Shown: piece after piece, positions 35,345 through 44,310 of the stretch
How the letters are laid out: every line of letters starts with the position of its first letter
How positions within the stretch are numbered: the first letter of the stretch is position 1
Assembly (NCBI GenBank): GCA_964655775.1
Contig: CAZZNQ010000004.1
Coordinates: 7,822 to 71,821, forward strand
DNA length: 64,000 nt
From: an uncultured candidatus Brocadiaceae bacterium
Lineage (GTDB): Bacteria; Planctomycetota; Brocadiia; SM23-32
Direction of reading: 5' to 3'
The notes under the pieces: generated by a model
Databases searched by the model: none
What the model was told of the DNA's origin: nothing
Seen by the model: the letters and a program-made list of their open reading frames with translations, nothing else
Made by a program: the position numbers and the translations under genes

Positions 35345-35351
35345 ACTAAAG

Positions 35352-35612
35352 TCACCGCGCATGTCCGGCAGGCGTCGGCTCGGCCCCCCGGGCCGGCGCC
35401 TGTTCTTTGCGCTCCTTCAACAGCTCCCGGATGTCCGCCAGCGTTTCGATTACCTCCGTGAGGAGCTCGGTCTCCTCCGAAGCGGTTTCGGTCACCTGGA
35501 CAAACTGTCTCTCCAGCACCGCCGTTTTGTAGCTGTTCCGCACGGCGAGGATGCAGGCGAACAGCGCCAGCGCCAGGCAAACAAACCAGGCGATCAGTTG
35601 AGACGGGTTCAT
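35352..35612 (-). CDS. Small membrane-anchored acidic helical protein, translationally coupled to the ABC gene
   Basis: ATG 35612 overlaps the ABC stop codon (ATGA). One TM helix, then an acidic helix. Confidence 0.55.
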   Translation of the reverse strand: MNPSQLIAWFVCLALALFACILAVRNSYKTAVLERQFVQVTETASEETELLTEVIETLADIRELLKERKEQAPARGAEPTPAGHAR

Positions 35613-37672
35613 TCGGCGTTCCCTCCTATTTGCGGCTGGTCTTGCTGGCCCATGAACTGCAGCTTGCACAGCCTCATGTACTCCCCGCCGAGCTCCAGCA
35701 GCTCGTCGTGGCTGCCCTGCTCTACTATGCGGCCGCCCCTGAGCACGATTATCTTGTCCGCGTGACGCACCGTGGAGAGCCGGTGTGCGATGACCAGGGT
35801 CGTGCGGCCCGCCATCAGGTTGTTCAGACCGCGCTGGACCAGCACCTCGGACTGGGCATCCAGGCTGGAGGTGGCCTCGTCGAGGATCAGAATCGGCGCG
35901 TTCTTGAGCAGGGCGCGGGCGATCGTCACGCACTGGCGCTGCCCCCCGGAGAGCCGCCCGCCCGACTCGCCCACCAGGGTATCGTAGCCGTCCGGCAGGC
36001 TGTCGATGAACTCATGGATGTTGGCGGCTCGGGCGGCCTCGATCACTTCCTCTTCGGTGGCGGCGGGGCGTCCGTAGCGTATGTTCTCGGAGATGGAGCG
36101 GTTGAACAGGAACGGATGCTGACCGACGATGCCGATCTGACCCATCAGGCTGTCGCGCGTGATGTTGCGTACGTCATGTCCGTCGATCTCGACAGAGCCG
36201 CGGTCGACGTCGTAGAACCGGGGGATCAGGTCCAGCAGCGTGCTCTTGCCGGCGCCGGTCTCGCCCACAATGGCGTACATGCTGCCGGCCTCCACGCAGA
36301 GGTCGATGTCCCTGAGCACGGGTTCGTCGTCGTAACCGAACCATACGTTGTTGTAGCGGATGCCCTCGCGCACGCCGTCGATCTCGACGGCATCGGGGCT
36401 GTCGACGATGTCCGCCGTCGTGTCAAGTAGTTCGAAGATGCGCACAACGCCCGGAGTGCTGGACTGCAGGTCGGCGTACGCCCGCACAGTTCTGCGCACC
36501 GAGCCCACCATGATACCCAGCGACAGCATGCAGGCGAGCATCTCGCCCACGGTGAGTTGCCCGGTGGAGATGAGCCGGTCGGCCAGAAGGACTATCAGCG
36601 ACACGGGGAGCAGATACAGGTACTCGGGCAGGTTCTGCGCCAGGGCACGGTTGCGCACCAGGCGGAAGGCCTGCCGGAGCTGGTCGCGGTTCCTCTCTCG
36701 GAAGGCCTGGCACTCCGCGTCCTCCATGTTGAACGCTTTTACGACGCGTATTCCGCTGAGCATCTGCGTGATGGAGTCGGTGATGTCCGCCAGGCGCTGC
36801 AGGTTGCGGTGCCCGTAGCGGCGGATGCGGGAGCCGTACCGGCCCATGACGAAGATCAGGGGCGGAAACGTAACGTGGGCGAGCAACGTCAGCTCCCAGC
36901 TCATGTAGATCGCGACGCCGAGCAGGATGAACAGCCGCATCGGCTCCAGCAGTATGGTGCCGAACAGAATCTTGACGGCAACCTGCGTGCTGTTCACGTC
37001 GTTGGTAAGCCGGCTGACGAGCTCGCCGCTGCGGTGGCGGGCGAAGAAGTTGAGCGACAGGCGCGAGATCTTCTCGAAGATGGCGACGCGGATGTCCGCC
37101 ATGATGCTCCAGACCACTCGCCGATGCGCGTACTCCTGCAGGAAGCCGGAGATGACCAGCAAAGGTCCTATCAGAAAGGCGATCAGGAGCGCGATCTTCT
37201 TGGGATCGCCCTCGGGCGACAGCAGGTCCATCGCGCCCCGGACCGGCGGCAGGGCCTTCAGCCAGCCCGTAATCCGCTTCTTGGTCGCCTCCAGGGGCTC
37301 GTCCGGCATCGCCTCTTCTTCGGTAGCGATGGTCTCTGCACCGCCCGCATCCGGCGGCTGCGCCGCGCCTGCATCGGCGTGTTGTTGCACGGCCGTGCCA
37401 GCCGCTGCGGGGTCATCCGGACTTCCACCCTCTGTCGAAGCGGCGGCCTCGGAGCCGTCCGCGTTCGGTGGCTGGTCCGCACTTGCCTCGGCGTGCTGCC
37501 GCGCGGCTATGGCATCGATCATGGGCTGGAACAGCAGCACCAGCGATCCGTTCACCAGATTGAACAACGTCATCGCCAGAAAGGCGGCGATGATCATGCG
37601 CCAGTGGCTGCCTGCGAAGGAGTAGAACCTAAGCAGCTTGCCGTATTCGGCCTGTTCCTCGCTTTTGGACAT
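35609..37672 (-). CDS. ABC exporter, fused permease/ATPase (MsbA-like) with ~100-aa first-loop insertion
   Basis: Walker A GETGAGKST, signature LSGGQRQ and Walker B ILILDEATS. Six-TM exporter domain. Confidence 0.9.
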   Translation of the reverse strand: MSKSEEQAEYGKLLRFYSFAGSHWRMIIAAFLAMTLFNLVNGSLVLLFQPMIDAIAARQHAEASADQPPNADGSEAAASTEGGSPDDPAAAGTAVQQHADAGAAQPPDAGGAETIATEEEAMPDEPLEATKKRITGWLKALPPVRGAMDLLSPEGDPKKIALLIAFLIGPLLVISGFLQEYAHRRVVWSIMADIRVAIFEKISRLSLNFFARHRSGELVSRLTNDVNSTQVAVKILFGTILLEPMRLFILLGVAIYMSWELTLLAHVTFPPLIFVMGRYGSRIRRYGHRNLQRLADITDSITQMLSGIRVVKAFNMEDAECQAFRERNRDQLRQAFRLVRNRALAQNLPEYLYLLPVSLIVLLADRLISTGQLTVGEMLACMLSLGIMVGSVRRTVRAYADLQSSTPGVVRIFELLDTTADIVDSPDAVEIDGVREGIRYNNVWFGYDDEPVLRDIDLCVEAGSMYAIVGETGAGKSTLLDLIPRFYDVDRGSVEIDGHDVRNITRDSLMGQIGIVGQHPFLFNRSISENIRYGRPAATEEEVIEAARAANIHEFIDSLPDGYDTLVGESGGRLSGGQRQCVTIARALLKNAPILILDEATSSLDAQSEVLVQRGLNNLMAGRTTLVIAHRLSTVRHADKIIVLRGGRIVEQGSHDELLELGGEYMRLCKLQFMGQQDQPQIGGNAE

Positions 37673-37793
37673 AGCGCGACTGAGTGGAGGTGTGTGTTGT
37701 CTGCGCGCGCACGGCGCGCGGCCCGGTTCGGTGTGCAGGCAAGATCATACCCCGCCGTCGGACACACCGTCAAGACGGAGAGCGTCAACAGCA

Positions 37794-37822
37794 TTGACAC
37801 TGCCGGACCGTGTCCCTACAAT
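37794..37822 (+). promoter_or_regulatory. Sigma-70-type promoter candidate for the kinase-like gene
   Basis: TTGACA-N17-TACAAT. GAAGGAG RBS at 37851-37857. Confidence 0.6.
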
Positions 37823-37868
37823 CAAAGCGAGCGGATAACGGTGAGTTTGTGAAGGAGCGCATTGTCCG

Positions 37869-39641
37869 TTGCAGAGCGGAGGCGGCGTACCACCGAGCGC
37901 AGGTTCTGGCGGGCTGACCGCGGGCAGCCGAGTGGCGGGCTACGTGCTCACGCTCCAGATCGCGGGGGACGGTTTCTGCAGTCTCTGGCTGACGAAGCCG
38001 GAGGAGGACGGCTACGGGGACACCTGCCTGCGTGTGATACCGGCGGACAATCTCATCTCGCCCGGGACACGGGACCGTTTCAGGTCGAACCTGGAGTTCT
38101 GGATGTCCCTTGAGCCGACCACCACCGTGGACCTGTACGATTGCGGCCACGAGGACGGGCGCTACTTCATGCTCATGCGCTACATGCCAAAAGGCTCGGC
38201 GGCCGACCAGCTCAAGGACACTTCGTGGACGAGCGAGGCGCTGACGACGTTTGCCGTGGATCTGGCATCCTCGCTGCGCAACCTGCACTCCAGCGTCGGC
38301 CCTCACGGGAACCTGAAACCCTCCAATATCTTCCCCACGCTGGACCGCGGCGTGCTCCTGAGCGACTATATGCTGCCGCTGTGGCTGGACGAGCTGGAAT
38401 CCGGCTCCCAGAAGCTCGTTCCCAGGATCCTGCATCCGTATCGCGCTCCCGAGCAGCACAGCGACCCCCGCGACTACGACACCCGTAGCGACGTATTCAC
38501 CTTCGGCATGGTGATGCTCTGGTGCCTGAGCGGCGAGGTGCCCTCGCCCGAGGATGCTGAGTCGGCGGCGAAGGAGGCCAACTGGCCACCGGGAATGGCC
38601 AAGATCGTCAGGCGGTGTCTGAGGAAGAATCCGGATAAGCGGTTCGCGGACGCCATGGAGCTGTTCGAGGCCCTCTGCGCCAGCACAGGCCGCACGCCGT
38701 TGCCGAGCGAGGCCAGGCAATCCGAGAAGACGGGAACGCAACCGGAGCCATCGGCGCCGCAGGTGCCGCCGCCCAGCCCGTCTGTGACGGCCGACAGGCT
38801 GGAGGAGGCGGAGATTTTCATCGGGAAGGGGCGCCTGGACGACGCGGTGGCGATCCTGGAGACGCTGCCGCCGGGGACGCCAGGGATGGCCGACCTTCTT
38901 GACGAAGTGGAGAGGCGGCAGGAGGCCAGCGAACGACTCGCCGACGAGGCGGTGCGTCTGGCAGGAATGGGCAAGATAGAGGCAGCCGCCGACAGCCTGC
39001 GGCAGGCGGAGACGCTCTGGATTGACTGCGAGACGGTCCAGGCCGTGAAGTCGGAGCTTTCCGTGGCGGCGGACGAGGACAGCGCCTTTCGCACCGGCAA
39101 GGTGCCTTTCACGCTGCGAGATGCCCTTGACGCGAGACGCTATGCGGAAGCCAGGCCGCTGGTGGAGCGCCTTCTGGAAGAGGAGTACCTCAGCGACGAG
39201 GCGCGCCGCACCATCGAGGAATTCAAGCTGGGAAGGGCGCGGAAGGGGCTGCTGGACAGCGTGAAGGCGGCCAGGAAGATGGTAGTGGCCGGCCAGATGG
39301 ACCGGGCCCGTCATCACTGGCTTGAGGCGGCGAAGTGGATCCCCAGTGGGCCCGAGCGCGACAAGCTGCTGCGGTTCGCAGAAGCCACTGCGCGCGGCAA
39401 GCTCCGCGTCGGTGACGTTCCCGATGAGAAAACCATCGCAGACGCCGCGCCGTCGCCGCAGCCGACGGGCCCGGATCTCGAGCTGCCGCCCGAACTGCAG
39501 GCGAAGCTGGACGATCTCACGGCCGAGGAGAGGGTGGAGGAGGAGAAGCGTCGTAACCTCCGGCTCCTTGTGATACTTGGCGTGGTGTCGGTGCTGATCG
39601 GAATGGCGCTGGCCCTGATACTGGGCTATGCGTTCTTCTGA
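37869..39641 (+). CDS. Hanks-type Ser/Thr kinase-like protein (predicted pseudokinase) with helical repeats and C-terminal TM anchor
   Basis: Kinase fold markers HGNLKPSN, YRAPE and SDVFTFGMVM. TTG start at 37869 is tentative. C-terminal LLVILGVVSVLIGMALALILGYAFF. Confidence 0.7.
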   Translation: MQSGGGVPPSAGSGGLTAGSRVAGYVLTLQIAGDGFCSLWLTKPEEDGYGDTCLRVIPADNLISPGTRDRFRSNLEFWMSLEPTTTVDLYDCGHEDGRYFMLMRYMPKGSAADQLKDTSWTSEALTTFAVDLASSLRNLHSSVGPHGNLKPSNIFPTLDRGVLLSDYMLPLWLDELESGSQKLVPRILHPYRAPEQHSDPRDYDTRSDVFTFGMVMLWCLSGEVPSPEDAESAAKEANWPPGMAKIVRRCLRKNPDKRFADAMELFEALCASTGRTPLPSEARQSEKTGTQPEPSAPQVPPPSPSVTADRLEEAEIFIGKGRLDDAVAILETLPPGTPGMADLLDEVERRQEASERLADEAVRLAGMGKIEAAADSLRQAETLWIDCETVQAVKSELSVAADEDSAFRTGKVPFTLRDALDARRYAEARPLVERLLEEEYLSDEARRTIEEFKLGRARKGLLDSVKAARKMVVAGQMDRARHHWLEAAKWIPSGPERDKLLRFAEATARGKLRVGDVPDEKTIADAAPSPQPTGPDLELPPELQAKLDDLTAEERVEEEKRRNLRLLVILGVVSVLIGMALALILGYAFF

Positions 39642-39684
39642 TCGCCCAATCGGGTCGTCCCGACCCGTGACGAGGTCCCACAGG

Positions 39685-39713
39685 TTGCGTCTCCGCCGGG
39701 TCAGGGGTATAAT
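39685..39713 (+). promoter_or_regulatory. Sigma-70-type promoter of thiC
   Basis: TTGCGT-N17-TATAAT. Confidence 0.6.
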
Positions 39714-39727
39714 CGTTTGCGAGGATT

Positions 39728-39808
39728 GGCGCGCCTGATGGCGAGCCCAGTGCGACCTTCCACCGATTCCACAGAGATCCTGCGGCCGCCATACCGGCGG
39801 CGTGCGAC
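39728..39808 (+). promoter_or_regulatory. Structured 5' leader: two hairpins each followed by GTGCGAC
   Basis: Hairpin GGCGCGCC-tgat-GGCGAGCC, then GTGCGAC at 39750-39756. Hairpin GCCGCC-atacc-GGCGGC, then GTGCGAC at 39802-39808. The class is unassigned because no CUGAGA TPP core is seen. Confidence 0.4.
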
Positions 39809-39826
39809 GGGCTCAAGAGGACTCCG

Positions 39827-41101
39827 ATGACGCAGTTGCAGAGCGCCCTGAGGGGCGAGACGACAAAGGAAATGCGCGCCGTTGCCGAGGCCGAGAGCGT
39901 CGGTGTGGAGGCCCTGCTGGGCGGCGTTGCCGCGGGTACGGCCGTGGTATTGGCGAACGTGAACCACCCACACGTCGAGCCGCTTGGGGTGGGAGCGGGC
40001 CTGCGGACAAAGGTGAACGCCAACCTGGGCACATCGCCCGAGCGATCGGACCTGGAGTGCGAACTGGCCAAGCTGGCCTGTGCCATTGACGCCGGCGCCG
40101 ACGCCGTAATGGATCTGAGCACCGGCGGCGACATCGACTCGGTGCGTCGCGCGGTGATCGAGCACTCGTCCGTCGCGGTTGGCACGGTTCCCATCTACCA
40201 GGCGGCCATCGAGGCAGGCGGACCCGAGGAAATGTCCGCTGAGAGCTACCTGCGTGTCTTCGAGCGTCATGCCCGCGACGGCGTCGACTTCGCCACGGTC
40301 CACGCCGGCGTGATCCGGGCGGCCATGCCGTTGTTGGAGCGGCGACTGCTGGGCGTGGTGAGCCGCGGAGGCGCGTTCCTGGTGAAGTGGATGCGCCGCC
40401 ATGCTCGGGAGAGCTTCCTCTACGAGTGCTTCGACGACGTGCTGGCCATCGCCAGGGAGTACGACGTGACGATGAGCCTGGGCGACGGCCTGAGGCCCGG
40501 CTGCATCGACGACGCGACCGACGAGGCGCAACTGCACGAACTGCGCGTGCTGGGCGAGCTGGCGGGGCGCTGCAAGGATGCCGGCGTCCAGGCCATGATC
40601 GAGGGTCCCGGCCACGTTCCGCTGGACCAGGTAGAGCGCAACGTGCGCCTGGAGAAGGAGCACTGCAACGGGGCGCCGTTCTATGTGCTGGGTCCGCTAC
40701 CGACCGACGTGGCGCCCGGGTACGACCACGTGGTCAGCGCTATCGGCGGGGCACTCGCGGCGTGGCACGGCGCCGATTTCCTCTGCTACGTCACGCCGAA
40801 AGAGCATATCGGCCTGCCGAACGCGGACGAGGTGCGGGAGGGTATAACGGCCAGCCGCATAGCCGCCCACATCGGCGACGTGGCCAAGGGCAACGACGGC
40901 GCGCGCGATCTGGACCGTCGGATGGCGCAGGCCCGAGCGGCTCGGGATTGGGACGCGATGCTGAGCATAGCGATAACGCAGGACAGGTTCCGCGATCTTC
41001 TGGGCGGCGAGTCGCGCGAGGACCGATGCTCCATGTGCGGCGAGTACTGCGCCGTGAAACTGTTCCGCGAGGAACTGGAGCACGGTCGGTCCGGTCGCTG
41101 A
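39827..41101 (+). CDS. thiC: Phosphomethylpyrimidine synthase (short-form ThiC)
   Basis: VNANLGTS, DAVMDLSTGG, GTVPIYQA and the C-terminal CSMCGEYCA cluster motif. Confidence 0.95.
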   Translation: MTQLQSALRGETTKEMRAVAEAESVGVEALLGGVAAGTAVVLANVNHPHVEPLGVGAGLRTKVNANLGTSPERSDLECELAKLACAIDAGADAVMDLSTGGDIDSVRRAVIEHSSVAVGTVPIYQAAIEAGGPEEMSAESYLRVFERHARDGVDFATVHAGVIRAAMPLLERRLLGVVSRGGAFLVKWMRRHARESFLYECFDDVLAIAREYDVTMSLGDGLRPGCIDDATDEAQLHELRVLGELAGRCKDAGVQAMIEGPGHVPLDQVERNVRLEKEHCNGAPFYVLGPLPTDVAPGYDHVVSAIGGALAAWHGADFLCYVTPKEHIGLPNADEVREGITASRIAAHIGDVAKGNDGARDLDRRMAQARAARDWDAMLSIAITQDRFRDLLGGESREDRCSMCGEYCAVKLFREELEHGRSGR

Positions 41102-41130
41102 CGGAGAGCTCCTTCCGACGGGAGAAGAAA

Positions 41131-42051
41131 ATGTCGACGCTGAGCGACGATGCGGCGATTCTCAAGTCCGAGATCGCTCAACTGAAGAAGACGCGCAACG
41201 CCGTGATCCTGGCGCACTTCTACCAGCGTCCCGCGGTGCAGGTGCTGGCGGACTTCACGGGCGACTCGCTGGCCCTGAGCCGTAAGGCGGCCGAGACGCA
41301 GGCCGACGTTATTGTCTTCTGCGGCGTACGCTTCATGGCGGAGACCGCCGCAATCCTCAATCCGGGCAAAGTTGTGCTTCTGCCGGAGCTCTCGGCTGGC
41401 TGCGCCATGGCGGACATGGCCACGGCGGAGGCCGTGCGTGAGCGGCGCGCGGAACTGCCCCCCGATACGGCCGTTGTCAGCTACGTGAACAGCACGGCGG
41501 CGGTGAAGGCCGAGTCGGACGTCTGCTGCACCTCCTCGAACGCCGTGCGCGTTGTCGACTCGCTGGATGAAGACAACGTGCTGTTTGTCCCCGACCGCAA
41601 CCTGGGCAGCTACATCGCCGAACAGACGGACAAGCAGGTGTTCCCCTGGGACGGCCACTGCTACGTGCACGACCCCGGCATCAGCACCGGCGTGATCCGC
41701 GAGTTGAAGCGGCTGCACCCGCACGCCGAGACGATGGTCCATCCGGAATGCGCGAAGGCCGTTCGCAGCCTTGCGGACTTTGTGGGCAGCACGGGCCAGA
41801 TGCTGGAGCACGCAACCGACTCTGAATCGAGGCAGTTCATCGTCGGGACGGAGGAGGGATTCCTCTATCCGCTTCAGGAGCGCAACCCCCGCAAGGAGTT
41901 CTACGCCCCGGGCAGCGTGTGCTCGTCGATGCGGCTCTGCACGCTGGTCTCCGTTCGGCGCGTGCTGGACCGCATGGACAATGTTGTGACCGTTCCCGAT
42001 GACGTTCGCGAAGGGGCGGCCGCCGCGCTGGAGCGCATGCTCCGGGTGTGA
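41131..42051 (+). CDS. nadA: Quinolinate synthase
   Basis: ILAHFYQRP...DFTGDSL...VFCGVRFMAE...VSYVNS...CCTSSNA pattern. The true start is ATG 41131, not the 40387 track start. Confidence 0.9.
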   Translation: MSTLSDDAAILKSEIAQLKKTRNAVILAHFYQRPAVQVLADFTGDSLALSRKAAETQADVIVFCGVRFMAETAAILNPGKVVLLPELSAGCAMADMATAEAVRERRAELPPDTAVVSYVNSTAAVKAESDVCCTSSNAVRVVDSLDEDNVLFVPDRNLGSYIAEQTDKQVFPWDGHCYVHDPGISTGVIRELKRLHPHAETMVHPECAKAVRSLADFVGSTGQMLEHATDSESRQFIVGTEEGFLYPLQERNPRKEFYAPGSVCSSMRLCTLVSVRRVLDRMDNVVTVPDDVREGAAAALERMLRV

Positions 42052-42095
42052 ACCCCGGGCCCCGTCCCGCCGCAGTCTTCGGAGAAGTCTCTCCC

Positions 42096-42935
42096 ATGGC
42101 AGTCTCGATCGGAATCGACGTGGGGAGCGTTGCCGTCAAGGTCGTCGTCATGCGCGACGAGGCGCCGGCGACGTGGGTGGAGGAACCTACCCGGCCGGAC
42201 ATAGCCGGCCAGTGCGACGCCCTGCTGGAGCGAGTAATGGGCGGGCCCGACTGCACCGACAGGCCCTCGGTTTGCGCGACCGGCTACGGCCGCAAGCTCG
42301 TCTCCTTCGCCGACGGCGCCGTCACGGAGATTATGGCAAACGCCGCTGGGGCCGGCTGGCTCTACCGCCATTGGCGCGCTCTGCCCGGCATGCTGGGCGA
42401 GGCGCCCAGCCCGTTGGAGCTTGGGGATCCCTTCCGGACCATCATCGACGTCGGCGGGCAGGACAGCAAGGTCATCGTGTTCGGTGCGGACGGCATGGTG
42501 CGCGATTTTGCCATGAACGATCGCTGCGCGGCGGGGACCGGGCGGTTCCTGGAGGTGATGGCTCGCGTGCTGGAGGTGGACCTGGTGAGACTGAGCGAGC
42601 TGGCCCTGCACTCGGACCGACCGGCCGTCATCAGCAGCGCATGCACGGTGTTCGCGGAATCGGAAGTCGTCTCCCGGCTGGCCGAAGGCGACACGCGGGA
42701 GGACATCGCCGCAGGCGTGTTCCGGAGTGTGGCGGATCAGGTGGCGGGCCTGGCCGCGCGCTGCACCTGGCGTCCGCCGGTTTTGTTCGACGGGGGACCG
42801 TCCCGCAGTCCGGCGCTTCGTCGCGCTCTGGCCGATGATCTGGGCTGCGAGCCGGCCGTTACCCCCCTCGGGCAGTTCACCACAGCGCTCGGGGCGGCGG
42901 TGCTCGCAACACAGGGCGTCTTCACGCCCGGATGA
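42096..42935 (+). CDS. BadF/BadG/BcrA/BcrD-type ATPase (2-hydroxyacyl-CoA dehydratase activator-like)
   Basis: GIDVGS phosphate-1 motif, DVGGQDSKV, NDRCAAGTGRFLE and SSACTVFAESEV (the two cluster cysteines). ATG 42096 with GGAGAAG upstream. Confidence 0.8.
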   Translation: MAVSIGIDVGSVAVKVVVMRDEAPATWVEEPTRPDIAGQCDALLERVMGGPDCTDRPSVCATGYGRKLVSFADGAVTEIMANAAGAGWLYRHWRALPGMLGEAPSPLELGDPFRTIIDVGGQDSKVIVFGADGMVRDFAMNDRCAAGTGRFLEVMARVLEVDLVRLSELALHSDRPAVISSACTVFAESEVVSRLAEGDTREDIAAGVFRSVADQVAGLAARCTWRPPVLFDGGPSRSPALRRALADDLGCEPAVTPLGQFTTALGAAVLATQGVFTPG

Positions 42936-42953
42936 CCACCGGCGACCGGGGGG

Positions 42954-42981
42954 TTGACAGTGCCGAGCCCGACTGTATCAT
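42954..42981 (+). promoter_or_regulatory. Sigma-70-type promoter candidate for the 43039 gene
   Basis: TTGACA-N16-TATCAT. Confidence 0.55.
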
Positions 42982-43038
42982 GGAGGTACATCCCTGGAGC
43001 CGTTTTGTAGGGCTACTAATGCACGAGGGGAGTAGGCC

Positions 43039-44310
43039 ATGGTGCGTACGACGGGCAGGTGGGTTCTACTTGCAGTGATGGCTTTGGCCGTCTGTGGAGT
43101 TGCCGCCGCCGGGCAAGCGGGGGGCGCCGATGAGGAGCCGCAGGTCGTCAAGGTCGCCGTCAAGCAGTACACCGAACTCCCGGCGGAGCGTGTCTACGAG
43201 CTCGCCCTGCGGGGGATACAGGCCAATGTGCGGTTCAGCGATCCCTTTGACGGCGTCGCTTCGGCCGTAAGACAGGTCGAGCTCAACGGCTATACTTACC
43301 AGACCGCCCTCGCCTTCCGGACCGAGACCAACCTCGTATGTGTCGTGGCCCGGTCCAACGCCGGCGCCATTCGGTCGCTGCTGGCCGTGCCGCCCAACCA
43401 GCCGCTCACGCCTGCAATTCTCAACCGCCCGATTGCTCTTAACAGCCAGCAGCGCATTACCATCGAGGGGACCATTCTGGGCACCGCCGCCGGAAGCAAG
43501 TACGTGCTGGCCGACGCCGTGCTGACCGGTGCGGAACAGCGTGAGACCGTGCACCGGGAGGTGCATCTGTCCTGGGGTGCGCTGGGCGAGAAGCGAGTGA
43601 TGACCGAACCGGGCAGCGAGGTGTTCACGTTCCCGTGTTCCTACGTTACCGATCAGACGGTTGGCGTGAAGGTGAATGTGCAGCAGACGGAGCAGGCCGG
43701 ACTGCTCCAGACCCTGGCCCAGGCGCAGGCACAGAGCGAGGGCCTGCAGTCCGGGACCAAGCTCTACGGCGAGTACGACTGCATGACCGTCTACCGCAGA
43801 GCCGCCGCCCCGGAGCGTCTCAACGTCGACTTTGCCGACCAGGTGGCCACGCTGCCGCAGTCGCCGCCTTCCGGACCACTGTCGACTGTGCCCGTCGTGC
43901 GAGCCGGCCGTGTCGTGGATGTGCCCGTCTCCTACCTGTTCCGCACCGAATGCGGCCTGACGTGCATGGTGCCGGCGACCTCAGAGGGCCTGACGGGCTC
44001 GGCGGAGGGGCTGCTGCCCGGGGAGCTGGTACGGGTGCGCGGCACGGTGGTGGGGCCGCGGGGTTCTTCGAACTGCGTGGTGATTGACTACGTCGGACCC
44101 GCGAACCCGGAAGAGGACGAGAAGGTGTGGCTGGTGACGATTGAGTTCCCGAACACGGGAAAGCGAGTGTTCTGGGACTACGGCCTTTACACTCTTGCCG
44201 ACCTTCCCTGTCAGTACGCCCCCGGCAGGGCTGAGGTGCTGCAGGTGCTCATCAGTGATTTCCGGTCGGTGCAGGTGCCAAGGCGAGCCGCGGCTGCCCC
44301 GGCACAGTGA
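43039..44310 (+). CDS. Secreted hypothetical protein
   Basis: Signal peptide MVRTTGRWVLLAVMALAVCGVAAAG. 423 aa. No family recognised. Confidence 0.6.
   Translation: MVRTTGRWVLLAVMALAVCGVAAAGQAGGADEEPQVVKVAVKQYTELPAERVYELALRGIQANVRFSDPFDGVASAVRQVELNGYTYQTALAFRTETNLVCVVARSNAGAIRSLLAVPPNQPLTPAILNRPIALNSQQRITIEGTILGTAAGSKYVLADAVLTGAEQRETVHREVHLSWGALGEKRVMTEPGSEVFTFPCSYVTDQTVGVKVNVQQTEQAGLLQTLAQAQAQSEGLQSGTKLYGEYDCMTVYRRAAAPERLNVDFADQVATLPQSPPSGPLSTVPVVRAGRVVDVPVSYLFRTECGLTCMVPATSEGLTGSAEGLLPGELVRVRGTVVGPRGSSNCVVIDYVGPANPEEDEKVWLVTIEFPNTGKRVFWDYGLYTLADLPCQYAPGRAEVLQVLISDFRSVQVPRRAAAAPAQ

Noticed and set aside
35613-35933. Upstream extension of the 86-aa gene (193-aa version)
   Set aside because: It overlaps the ABC ATPase domain in another frame and is Arg/Pro/Gly-rich.
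39720-39826. Canonical TPP (THI-box) riboswitch upstream of thiC
   Set aside because: It is expected from biology, but I cannot find the conserved CUGAGA and ACCUGA...GGGA core. Only loose similarity is present, so it is reported as an unassigned structured leader pending an Infernal search.
40387-41130. N-terminal 248-aa extension of the nadA ORF
   Set aside because: It overlaps thiC in another frame and is Arg/Gly-rich. The NadA homology begins at the ATG at 41131, which has a purine-rich RBS.
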